A stretch of DNA of 64,000 bases from NCBI GenBank assembly GCA_012270795.1, contig JAAXHO010000059.1:3375-67374 (forward strand), in the 5' to 3' direction. The notes beneath the pieces are model-generated. The model searched no databases and was not told the DNA's origin. It was given only the letters and a program-made list of their open reading frames with translations. Made by a program: the position numbers and the translations under genes. The DNA comes from Candidatus Poribacteria bacterium (GTDB taxonomy: Bacteria; Poribacteria; WGA-4E; WGA-3G). Below, in pieces: positions 9,061-16,968 of the stretch. Position 1 is the first letter of the stretch, and every line of letters starts with the position of its first letter.

Positions 9061-10071
9061 GTGATACGTGAAGTTATACAGAAAGTTGTTGGTGGTGCCT
9101 CATTAACTGAAACCGAAATGATTGAAACGATGAATGAGATTATGGAAGGAGAGACGACAGATGCACAAATAGCCTGCTTCTTGACAGCGTTGCGTTTAAA
9201 AAGGGAAACGATCGAAGAGATTATTGGTGGGGTTCGCGTGATGCGTGACAAATCAACACAAGTGCCAACAAAACAGTCGTTGGTTGTTGATACCTGCAGT
9301 ACAGGTGGCACTGGATTGCACTCGTTTAACATTTCAACGACCTCAGCGTTTGTTGTAGCCGGGGCAGACGTTCCTGTGGCTAAACATGGCAACAGAGGTG
9401 TAACTCGGCAAAGCGGAAGTGCAAATGTGTTGATGGCGTTAGGTGTGAATATTGAGATTTCAGCAGAACATATTGGGCAGTGCATTGATGAGGTCGGTAT
9501 CGGCTTTTTATTCGCGCCGATGCTGCATGGTGCTATGAAACATGCGATTGGCCCCCGGCGAGAAATTGGAATCCGCACTATTTTTAATACAATCGCTCCG
9601 CTAACCAATCCTGCTGGCGCACAAGCACAAGTACTTGGCGTATATTCAAAAGAACTTACACATACACATGCCAATGTCCTCAACAATCTTGGAACGCAGC
9701 ATGCTTTTGTGGTGCATGGTAACGATGGTTTGGACGAAATTACAACAACAACAACAACCCAAGTCTCAGAACTTGTTAATGGTGATGTGAAAACCTATAC
9801 GCTTGATCCAACAACATTAGGTATACCTAAAGCAGAACCAGAGTCTTTACTTGGTGGTACACCGGAAGAAAATGCGGAGATAACTATGAATATTCTCAAA
9901 GGGGAAAAGGGACCTAAGCGTGATATTGTGTTACTCAATGCTGCTGCAGCGATTGTTGCTGGTGGTAAAGCAGATAGTCTTGAAAAAGGATTAGAACTTG
10001 CAAATACCTCTATTGATTCAGGAAATGCTTTAGAAAAATTAGAATGCTTAAAAACTGTTTCGAATCAATGA
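9061..10071 (+). CDS. trpD: anthranilate phosphoribosyltransferase
   Basis: TrpD motifs (DTCSTGGTG, HGNRG). A GGAGG RBS sits 8 nt upstream of GTG 9061. The longest ORF starts at 9040. Confidence 0.9.
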   Translation: MIREVIQKVVGGASLTETEMIETMNEIMEGETTDAQIACFLTALRLKRETIEEIIGGVRVMRDKSTQVPTKQSLVVDTCSTGGTGLHSFNISTTSAFVVAGADVPVAKHGNRGVTRQSGSANVLMALGVNIEISAEHIGQCIDEVGIGFLFAPMLHGAMKHAIGPRREIGIRTIFNTIAPLTNPAGAQAQVLGVYSKELTHTHANVLNNLGTQHAFVVHGNDGLDEITTTTTTQVSELVNGDVKTYTLDPTTLGIPKAEPESLLGGTPEENAEITMNILKGEKGPKRDIVLLNAAAAIVAGGKADSLEKGLELANTSIDSGNALEKLECLKTVSNQ

Positions 10072-10080
10072 TCATCCTTT

Positions 10081-10854
10081 ATGATATTAGACACGATAAT
10101 TACACACAAATTGAAAGAACTTCAAAATGAAAAGGAACGGGTGCCGCTTACTACACTAAAATCGCAGTTGGTAAACCTACGACCTACTAAGGATTTTAAA
10201 CGTTCACTTGCTAATCCCGGTAGTATTAATCTCATTGCTGAGGTAAAGAAAAAATCGCCAAGTAAAGGCATTATACGTAAGGATTTTGATCCTGTTAAAA
10301 TAGCCAAAATTTATGCAGAAAATGAGGTAGCAGCCATTTCAGTTTTGACAGATGAGAACTTTTTCGCTGGAAAGTTAAAATATCTCTCTGCGATCCGGGA
10401 AACTGTTGATGTACCGTTGTTACGGAAGGACTTTACAATTGATTCCTACCATATATATCAGGCGCGAGTCGCAGGTGCAGACGCTATTTTGCTTATAGTT
10501 GCTGCTTTGACAAAGGAACAACTTCGTGAATTTATGGACATTGCATCATCAATTTCATTAGCATCTTTGGTGGAGGTTCATACAGAAGCAGAGCTAGATA
10601 TTGCGTTAGATGTTGGAGCAGAGATTATCGGTATAAACAATAGAGATTTGCGAACTTTCCATACTGATTTAGAGACTACGTTTAAACTACGCGAATCTAT
10701 TCCTGCTGGTAAGGTTGTTATTAGTGAAAGCGGCATCTATACACGTGATGATGTGCAGACATTACAGGATGCTGGTGTAAACGCAATTTTAGTAGGAGAA
10801 TCACTGATGCGTAGTCCAGATATTGGCAAGAAGGTGCAAGAATTGATCGGTTAG
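10081..10854 (+). CDS. trpC: indole-3-glycerol phosphate synthase
   Basis: TrpC motifs (EVKKKSPSKG, LRKDF, IGINNRDL). Confidence 0.9.
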   Translation: MILDTIITHKLKELQNEKERVPLTTLKSQLVNLRPTKDFKRSLANPGSINLIAEVKKKSPSKGIIRKDFDPVKIAKIYAENEVAAISVLTDENFFAGKLKYLSAIRETVDVPLLRKDFTIDSYHIYQARVAGADAILLIVAALTKEQLREFMDIASSISLASLVEVHTEAELDIALDVGAEIIGINNRDLRTFHTDLETTFKLRESIPAGKVVISESGIYTRDDVQTLQDAGVNAILVGESLMRSPDIGKKVQELIG

Positions 10855-10872
10855 TTGGATACTCAACCTTCT

Positions 10873-11325
10873 CTATACAGAAATCACCTTAATTCCGTGC
10901 CGTTTTAGTAGTGCTGTTGTAACTCCATCACCTGAGACAAGCTTCCCAGAAAATGATCCATCATAGATTTTACTACACCCGCAAGACGGACTTTTAGACT
11001 TTAGAATAGCACAAGTTGCACCTTGTGATTGCGCTAAAGCAAGCGCATGTTGTGCACCCTTCAAGAATTCTTCGGTTTTGTCAACTCCATCCGCGGTTAA
11101 CACTTTTGCGTTCCCATCTATAACATTATTTCCATCTCCACCGACAATTTCTACAGGAGGACGCGGTGTGGGAAGTCCACCTGCTTCCTCTGGACAAACA
11201 GGGACAAGTTCCTCTGTTTCGTGGTTTTTCAGTGTATCTTCATTGCGACTGTTCCCGCCATCATATCTGCAATTGACACCGAGAAGGCACGCACTGACAA
11301 GCGTTTTTTTCACTTTTCTTCCCAT
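10873..11325 (-). CDS. DUF523 (TudS-like) protein
   Basis: N-terminal CLLGxxCRYDG motif plus conserved Cys residues typical of DUF523. Confidence 0.65.
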   Translation of the reverse strand: MGRKVKKTLVSACLLGVNCRYDGGNSRNEDTLKNHETEELVPVCPEEAGGLPTPRPPVEIVGGDGNNVIDGNAKVLTADGVDKTEEFLKGAQHALALAQSQGATCAILKSKSPSCGCSKIYDGSFSGKLVSGDGVTTALLKRHGIKVISV

Positions 11326-11969
11326 ACACTCACCTGCTTTATAATTGATGCGATATTCCCAGACTTCAAGAGTAGATAGTTTCGTTCAAGATGACATAGT
11401 ATTGATTGTAGGAGTTTTATCCTGCAGATTTCTATTTCACCTGCTTTTGAAGTTGCGATCTGCAGTGAGGTTGCGGTTTGACGAAGTTCAACCGGAAATT
11501 CATGCAAACTTATATTGACATTTACACCAAAACCCAAGACAAAAAAGGGTTTACGGTGTTTGTCGTATTTCAGTTCCGTGAGGACACCGGCGACCTTCTT
11601 TTTTGCTATTCTGACATCATTTGGATGTTTTATTCGCGCATTTAGTTCAGTTATTTCGTTAATACCTTGTGAAATGGAAAGTGCACCGATTAGGTTTGGC
11701 AGATGGACATGTTCCTGCTTCAGCCGATGTCTGAAGACGATTGAAGCAAGAATGCATTTTCCAGCAGGTGCTTGCCAAGTCCTACCGTATCTACCCCGCC
11801 CAGCAGATTGATGGTCTGCTATGATGAGCGTTCCCTCTACAATTTTCGCTTCCTTGCCAAGTGCGATTGCAATATCGTTGGTTGATGAGACCTCATCGTG
11901 TACTTCTACATATTTTTTTCCAATAAAGTCTGTGTGGAGTGTATTGCCAAAGGTTTCAATATCAAACAC
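11310..11969 (-). CDS. birA: biotin--[acetyl-CoA-carboxylase] ligase (BirA catalytic domain, no HTH)
   Basis: BPL signature GRGRYGRTWQAPAG. Confidence 0.85.
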   Translation of the reverse strand: MFDIETFGNTLHTDFIGKKYVEVHDEVSSTNDIAIALGKEAKIVEGTLIIADHQSAGRGRYGRTWQAPAGKCILASIVFRHRLKQEHVHLPNLIGALSISQGINEITELNARIKHPNDVRIAKKKVAGVLTELKYDKHRKPFFVLGFGVNVNISLHEFPVELRQTATSLQIATSKAGEIEICRIKLLQSILCHLERNYLLLKSGNIASIIKQVSVWEEK

Positions 11970-11983
11970 GGTGCACCCAATTA

Positions 11984-14857
11984 CTACTTGCCGCCCAATT
12001 TGCTGAGCCGTTTTTCTGCTTCAAGTTTCCACTGTTCAGGGGGTTTTAATTCTAAGAAACGTTTCCACTGTTCCCTTGCTAACTTGTTTCGTTCGGTATA
12101 TTCGTACATCAAGGCAAGATTGTAGTTTGCGGTCATATTTCTGGGTTCCAGTTCGAGTGCGCGTTCAAACTGGTCTGCAGCTGCGCCAAGTTTATCCATG
12201 CTGTAAAGCACGTTAGCATATACGATAATCGTTGGTACATGGTTTTCATTTAATTCAAGTGCCTTATCTAACATATCCTTTGCTTTATTTAATTCTAACT
12301 GATTATTGTAATACAGGTCACCAAGACGTTGATATGCTACAGTGGCTTTTTTGTTTATAGCGATCTCTTTTTCATAGAGTCTGATTGCTTCTTTCCAGTT
12401 CTGGCTACGTTCTGCCAGTTTACCGAGTTGTGTATGAACGCCTTTATAGTTTGGATCCATCTGTATGACTTTTTTGAATGTGTCCTCTGCGAGTCTGTAT
12501 TGTTCAATCCAGAGTTGGATAGAACCGATATGGAAGTATGCATCAACGTTTTTTGGGTCTATGTCGACGACCTGCTTGAAGTCTTCCATAATTTGACTGC
12601 TACGATAGAGTGTATCACCAATTCGTTTATAGCGGTTTGTAATGAGGCCGCGATGATAATATGCGTCCACGTGGTCGGGTTTTAGGGCGATAGTGGCAGT
12701 ATATTCTTTTACAGCCAATTCCGCGTGATGGTGATAGTCTTCAAGTGTTGCAGCATGCCCATCCAACAAGAGTGCGTAGCGATAGTGCCAGTCAACATGT
12801 TCGGGATCATGTTCGTTTGCTAAACCGTAATGATGCAATGCTTGTTGAAGGTTTTCTGCTTTGTTGTCTTCAGGCCCTTTTTTGAATCGTTTCTCAAAGG
12901 TGACAGCAAGTGTATGGTGGACATTTGGATGGGCAGGATCAAGTATTAATGCTGGTTGATAGACACGTATCATGTTATCTTCATCTTTCCGCTGTTCATA
13001 GATACCGCCAAGTCGGAAAAAGGGTTCTGCGTTTTCAGGATCAAGTTCAATAGTTTTCTCAAAATATACAATGGCATTGTCAATATCGTCCTTCTTTTGA
13101 TATAAAATTCCGGTCTGATATTGTGCATCAACATTGTCAGGTTGTAACCGAATGGTCTCTAAGAAAGCGGAGAGAGCTTCGTCGTCCTTTTCAAGTGCTA
13201 CATAAGAAAGGGCGGAGAGATAGTGTGCTTGTGCATCGGTTGCGTCAATTGCTATTATCCTTTTCAGTGTATCAATTGCATTTTGATGGGAAGCATCACC
13301 ACGATAGATATGAACCATTTTGTAAAGCACATCTGGTCTCTTTGCATCTAACTGCAATGTTTTTTCATAATAGACAAGGGCGTTGGTATTGTCTTCATTT
13401 GCTTCGTAACTCTGTCCTAACAGATATGTCGCATCAATATCTTTAGGATATAGAATTATATGCATGTTTAACGATTCAACGGCATCAGTGTAGTTCTCAT
13501 TTTCATAAGCAGATTTGCCTTGCGTCCAATATTTTGTCGCAAGTGTAGGATTGAATTCAATTGCCTTTCTGAGGTTTACGGCTGCCTCTTCTAATTTGCC
13601 TTGCTTGAAATAGAGTTCCCCCAGATACATATATGAGTCATTGAAGTGTCCAAAAGTTGGTGTTTTCTCAAGATAACTTGGATCTGCTTCAATAATCTCA
13701 ATAGTTTTTTTGTAGAGAGTGATGGCTTGTTCGACATTCTTATCATTTGCTTCAATACTTGCGAGATAAAAATAGGAGCGTGGGTCTTCGGGGAGAATAA
13801 GCATCGTTTTCTCTAAAATCTTACGTGCGTCTGCTGCATCCATTTCACTTACAAAAAAGGGTTTTAATGGTTCAAATAGGGCATCTTTTAGTGTTGGGTC
13901 ATCGTCTATTGCTTGTTGGTAATGTGTTTTTGCGGTCTCAACATCGCCTTGTGAATATAGGACTTCTGCTATAGCAAGGTGTGCTGGACCATACGCTGGA
14001 TCAATCTCAAGTGCGCGACGATACAACTGAACTGCCCCATCTGCGTTGTCACCTTCAGCGAAGATCACACCCAAATCATAGACATCTTTCGCAGTGTAGG
14101 GTTGATATTCTGCAGATTTTTGATATTCCAACAGTGCCTCATCATAAAACTTTTCCTTTGCAAGCACTTGACCTAATTTGATATATGCAGGTGCAAATTT
14201 GCGGTTGTTTTGAATAGCGCGTTCAAATGTCTCTCGCGCTTGATTCAGATTACCTTGGCCAAGGTAAACTAACCCTCTACCATAAACTGGGTATTCCCAT
14301 TTCGGGTTTAGCGTTTGTGCAACTTCAAAGGATTGGAGGGCTTCGGCATGTTTGCCCTGTTTGAGGTAGATTTCGCCTATGTAGTAGTGTGTAGGATAGA
14401 ACTCTGGATTTATGGTGAGACAGGTTTGGAATTTGATGAGTGCTTGTTCGTAATTTTCCATTTTTTTGTGGGCTGCACCGAGACTGTAATGTGCCCAAAA
14501 CATTGAGGGGTCAAGTTGAAGAGCGGTTTCATAGTTCATGATCGCCATCGCATCTGTGGTTGTATTTTGCTTTGTGTCAGACAATGCGTAGGCATAACCT
14601 AATCCGTAGAAGAACGCTGCATCATTTGCTTTGTTTGCTTTTTCGGTTTCATAGAGTTGTATGAGTTCTGTAAGAAGTTCCTGCTTTCGCCATTCAACAA
14701 CCAGTTCACGATGTTTTTCTGGTGCGTCTTTTTTTGCATTCAGAACCTTCGTGAAGTCTTTTTGCATTTTTTGTAATAAGTCATCTTGTGAGTGTGTATT
14801 TACTGCAATCGTAAAAAATGTGAATAAAAATATGAGCGAGAATACGATGCTTTTCAT
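11984..14857 (-). CDS. tetratricopeptide-repeat protein with signal peptide (957 aa)
   Basis: N-terminal signal peptide followed by more than 20 TPR-like repeats. Confidence 0.85.
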   Translation of the reverse strand: MKSIVFSLIFLFTFFTIAVNTHSQDDLLQKMQKDFTKVLNAKKDAPEKHRELVVEWRKQELLTELIQLYETEKANKANDAAFFYGLGYAYALSDTKQNTTTDAMAIMNYETALQLDPSMFWAHYSLGAAHKKMENYEQALIKFQTCLTINPEFYPTHYYIGEIYLKQGKHAEALQSFEVAQTLNPKWEYPVYGRGLVYLGQGNLNQARETFERAIQNNRKFAPAYIKLGQVLAKEKFYDEALLEYQKSAEYQPYTAKDVYDLGVIFAEGDNADGAVQLYRRALEIDPAYGPAHLAIAEVLYSQGDVETAKTHYQQAIDDDPTLKDALFEPLKPFFVSEMDAADARKILEKTMLILPEDPRSYFYLASIEANDKNVEQAITLYKKTIEIIEADPSYLEKTPTFGHFNDSYMYLGELYFKQGKLEEAAVNLRKAIEFNPTLATKYWTQGKSAYENENYTDAVESLNMHIILYPKDIDATYLLGQSYEANEDNTNALVYYEKTLQLDAKRPDVLYKMVHIYRGDASHQNAIDTLKRIIAIDATDAQAHYLSALSYVALEKDDEALSAFLETIRLQPDNVDAQYQTGILYQKKDDIDNAIVYFEKTIELDPENAEPFFRLGGIYEQRKDEDNMIRVYQPALILDPAHPNVHHTLAVTFEKRFKKGPEDNKAENLQQALHHYGLANEHDPEHVDWHYRYALLLDGHAATLEDYHHHAELAVKEYTATIALKPDHVDAYYHRGLITNRYKRIGDTLYRSSQIMEDFKQVVDIDPKNVDAYFHIGSIQLWIEQYRLAEDTFKKVIQMDPNYKGVHTQLGKLAERSQNWKEAIRLYEKEIAINKKATVAYQRLGDLYYNNQLELNKAKDMLDKALELNENHVPTIIVYANVLYSMDKLGAAADQFERALELEPRNMTANYNLALMYEYTERNKLAREQWKRFLELKPPEQWKLEAEKRLSKLGGK

Positions 14858-14913
14858 TTTTTAATTCCTCCCTACGTCGTTATACCCAATTAACGTGTTC
14901 TGTATTGCTAAGA

Positions 14914-14933
14914 GTGCGGTTAGGAAACCGCAC
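14914..14933. terminator. 8 bp stem hairpin GTGCGGTT-AGGA-AACCGCAC between ribokinase and the TPR gene
   Basis: Perfect short hairpin with no clear T-tract on either strand. Confidence 0.25.
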
Positions 14934-14979
14934 CTACCGGGAAAAGGAAATCCCGTTAATTTGGTATTTTATTAAGTTT

Positions 14980-15915
14980 TTATTTTCCTAAAAGGATTGA
15001 TTTAATTTTTTCTTGTGTTGGCATTGATGGTGTTGCACCAAGTACCGTGGTTGCTGCTGCGCCTGCAGCTGCGGCATATTTCACTGCATCCATCAGTTCG
15101 CTACCTTTTGCGAGTGCTGTTGCCAATGCCCCACTAAACGCATCTCCTGCCCCTGTTGTATCCACAACATCAACCGAAATCGCTGGGATGTGTGTGCATT
15201 CTTTATGTGTGCAGAGCAAAACCCCTTGTTCTCCAAGTGTTATCACTACTGCTGAAAGTCTATCAGGAGCAATCTTTGCACGTAATGCTTTTGCAGCTGT
15301 GATAGCAGTTTCTGGTGATGTCACTTCAACCCCTGATAAAACCGTTGCTTCTATTTCGTTGGGTTTCAGGATATTTACATGTGACAATATACTTGATGGT
15401 AGTTGTCGCGCTGGTGCAGGATCCAAAACCACGTTTGTATTATTTATTCTTGCAATCTCTATTGCTTTTTGCGATGCATCTATCGGTGTTTCTAATTGTA
15501 GCAGCAAAACATCTGCTTTTGCAATGCTTTCTGCTGCGTCTTCAATATCCTTGGGGGTTAGTCGCATATTCGCACGGGGGATAACGATGATACTGTTTTC
15601 ACCATCTGGTTGGACAACTATCGTGGCGATTCCGGTTCCGCTCTCTGCATCGGTTTTGACATATTGGCTGTTGATGTTTTCTGCGTCTATTGCGGTTCGG
15701 AGTATGTCTGCGAAAGGGTCGTCACCTATTCTACCGATAAGCGTGACTTGTGCGCCTAATCGGGCTGCGGCTGTGGCTTGATTGAAACCTTTGCCACCTG
15801 TGAAGATGTCAAACGTTTCTCCGATGAGGGTTTCGCCTCTGTTTGGCATCCGTTCTGCGCGAATGACAAGGTCAACGTTTGCACTGCCGAGGACGGTGAC
15901 TTTGGGAGGCTGCAT
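14980..15915 (-). CDS. rbsK: ribokinase (PfkB family)
   Basis: N-terminal GG motif region and the anion-hole motif DTTGAGDAF. Confidence 0.9.
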   Translation of the reverse strand: MQPPKVTVLGSANVDLVIRAERMPNRGETLIGETFDIFTGGKGFNQATAAARLGAQVTLIGRIGDDPFADILRTAIDAENINSQYVKTDAESGTGIATIVVQPDGENSIIVIPRANMRLTPKDIEDAAESIAKADVLLLQLETPIDASQKAIEIARINNTNVVLDPAPARQLPSSILSHVNILKPNEIEATVLSGVEVTSPETAITAAKALRAKIAPDRLSAVVITLGEQGVLLCTHKECTHIPAISVDVVDTTGAGDAFSGALATALAKGSELMDAVKYAAAAGAAATTVLGATPSMPTQEKIKSILLGK

Positions 15916-15919
15916 CGGT

Positions 15920-16855
15920 TTACACTTCCGATCCGTTCAATGCTTGTAAGAATGCCTCAACACCGGGTGTCTTGACTGCTGTGCGGTGAAGCTCTGTCAA
16001 ACGCTCAAGGTCTTGAATAGAATCAAGAGCAGGCTCTAGGCGTTGCACATCGCTTTGCGGAAAGCGTTCGGTTAGCACAGAATATATATTCTTGATTGCC
16101 ATTTCACGTGCAGCTTGTTGCTTAAGGTGTTCAATAAATGGAAATTCTTGCATCATGTCCTCCGATATGAGTCTTTGTAAAAAAGTTAGGTCATGCACTA
16201 AACTACTCAACGTTGTCATCGCAAACAACAGTGTGCCACGCGTCTGTGAATCAACAGGCGCGGCAACTGTCTTCTCAACACATTTTTCCAACCATGTTTC
16301 CGCGTCCATACCTTCTGGCGGTCTCATCAAAGGTGTGAAAGGTAACAATCCAACCGATGCTGCCTCCAAAAACGATTCATCTTCCAAATTCGCCAACCGA
16401 ATTACGTGATACTTATGCTGCAAACCAAAATCATCTTTTCCATAACTATAACCGCCTGGGTCGGTTTTCCCCGCATTTGGACTGAGATATATCACCACTG
16501 AATACACAGGAAGTTCATGACGTAACAGGAGTTCACTTGTGTATGAGAGCATCCGCAACGGCATCGGTTTATCTCTGCTATCCTCGGTTTGCACCTCTAT
16601 GTGAAGTAGGACTTCCTCATTGTGCCAAAGCACCTTAAATGTCATGTCATTGCGTTGCACCTTTATGTGAAGTAGGACTTCCTCATTGTGCCAAAGCACC
16701 TTAAATGTCATGTCATTGCGTTGCACCTTAACCCGTTGTTGTTCGATGTCAAGTGTTTCTAATACTTGGATATCGGGTGTGCCAAAGGATAGCATGGCGA
16801 ACTCATCGGCGTACTGGTGCATCAGATGCTTCACGATCTCATCATATTGTGCCAT
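15920..16855 (-). CDS. Rpn-family recombination-promoting nuclease / putative transposase (PDDEXK_7 + DUF4351-like C-terminus) carrying an in-frame 22 aa tandem duplication
   Basis: Motifs DMTFKVLW, HIEVQ and PLRMLSY are typical of the YhgA/Rpn family. The C-terminal helical region is DUF4351-like. A 66 bp tandem repeat is visible in the DNA. Confidence 0.65.
   Translation of the reverse strand: MAQYDEIVKHLMHQYADEFAMLSFGTPDIQVLETLDIEQQRVKVQRNDMTFKVLWHNEEVLLHIKVQRNDMTFKVLWHNEEVLLHIEVQTEDSRDKPMPLRMLSYTSELLLRHELPVYSVVIYLSPNAGKTDPGGYSYGKDDFGLQHKYHVIRLANLEDESFLEAASVGLLPFTPLMRPPEGMDAETWLEKCVEKTVAAPVDSQTRGTLLFAMTTLSSLVHDLTFLQRLISEDMMQEFPFIEHLKQQAAREMAIKNIYSVLTERFPQSDVQRLEPALDSIQDLERLTELHRTAVKTPGVEAFLQALNGSEV
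16591..16722. repeat. 66 bp x 2 direct tandem duplication (one mismatch) inside the Rpn-family gene
   Basis: Units at 16591-16656 and 16657-16722 encode the duplicated peptide KVQRNDMTFKVLWHNEEVLLHI. Confidence 0.9.
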
Positions 16856-16968
16856 GTTCAGTCGTATGCCTTTCCTAAAAGTCTTTTATTGATTATACTT
16901 GACGGGGTGGTGGTTTGTCAAGGGAAGTTTTTTTGGTGGGTGTTGGAGAGGAAAAGGCAGATGGTAGG

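Noticed and set aside
8970-9686. 238 aa minus-strand ORF
   Set aside because: Lies entirely antisense within trpD, which has strong motifs. Low-complexity translation. Shadow ORF.
12329-12685. 118 aa plus-strand ORF and other 60-110 aa ORFs between 11984 and 14857
   Set aside because: All lie antisense inside the 957 aa TPR gene. Shadow ORFs.
15047-15781. 244 aa plus-strand ORF (Ala/Ser-rich)
   Set aside because: Antisense shadow of the ribokinase gene.
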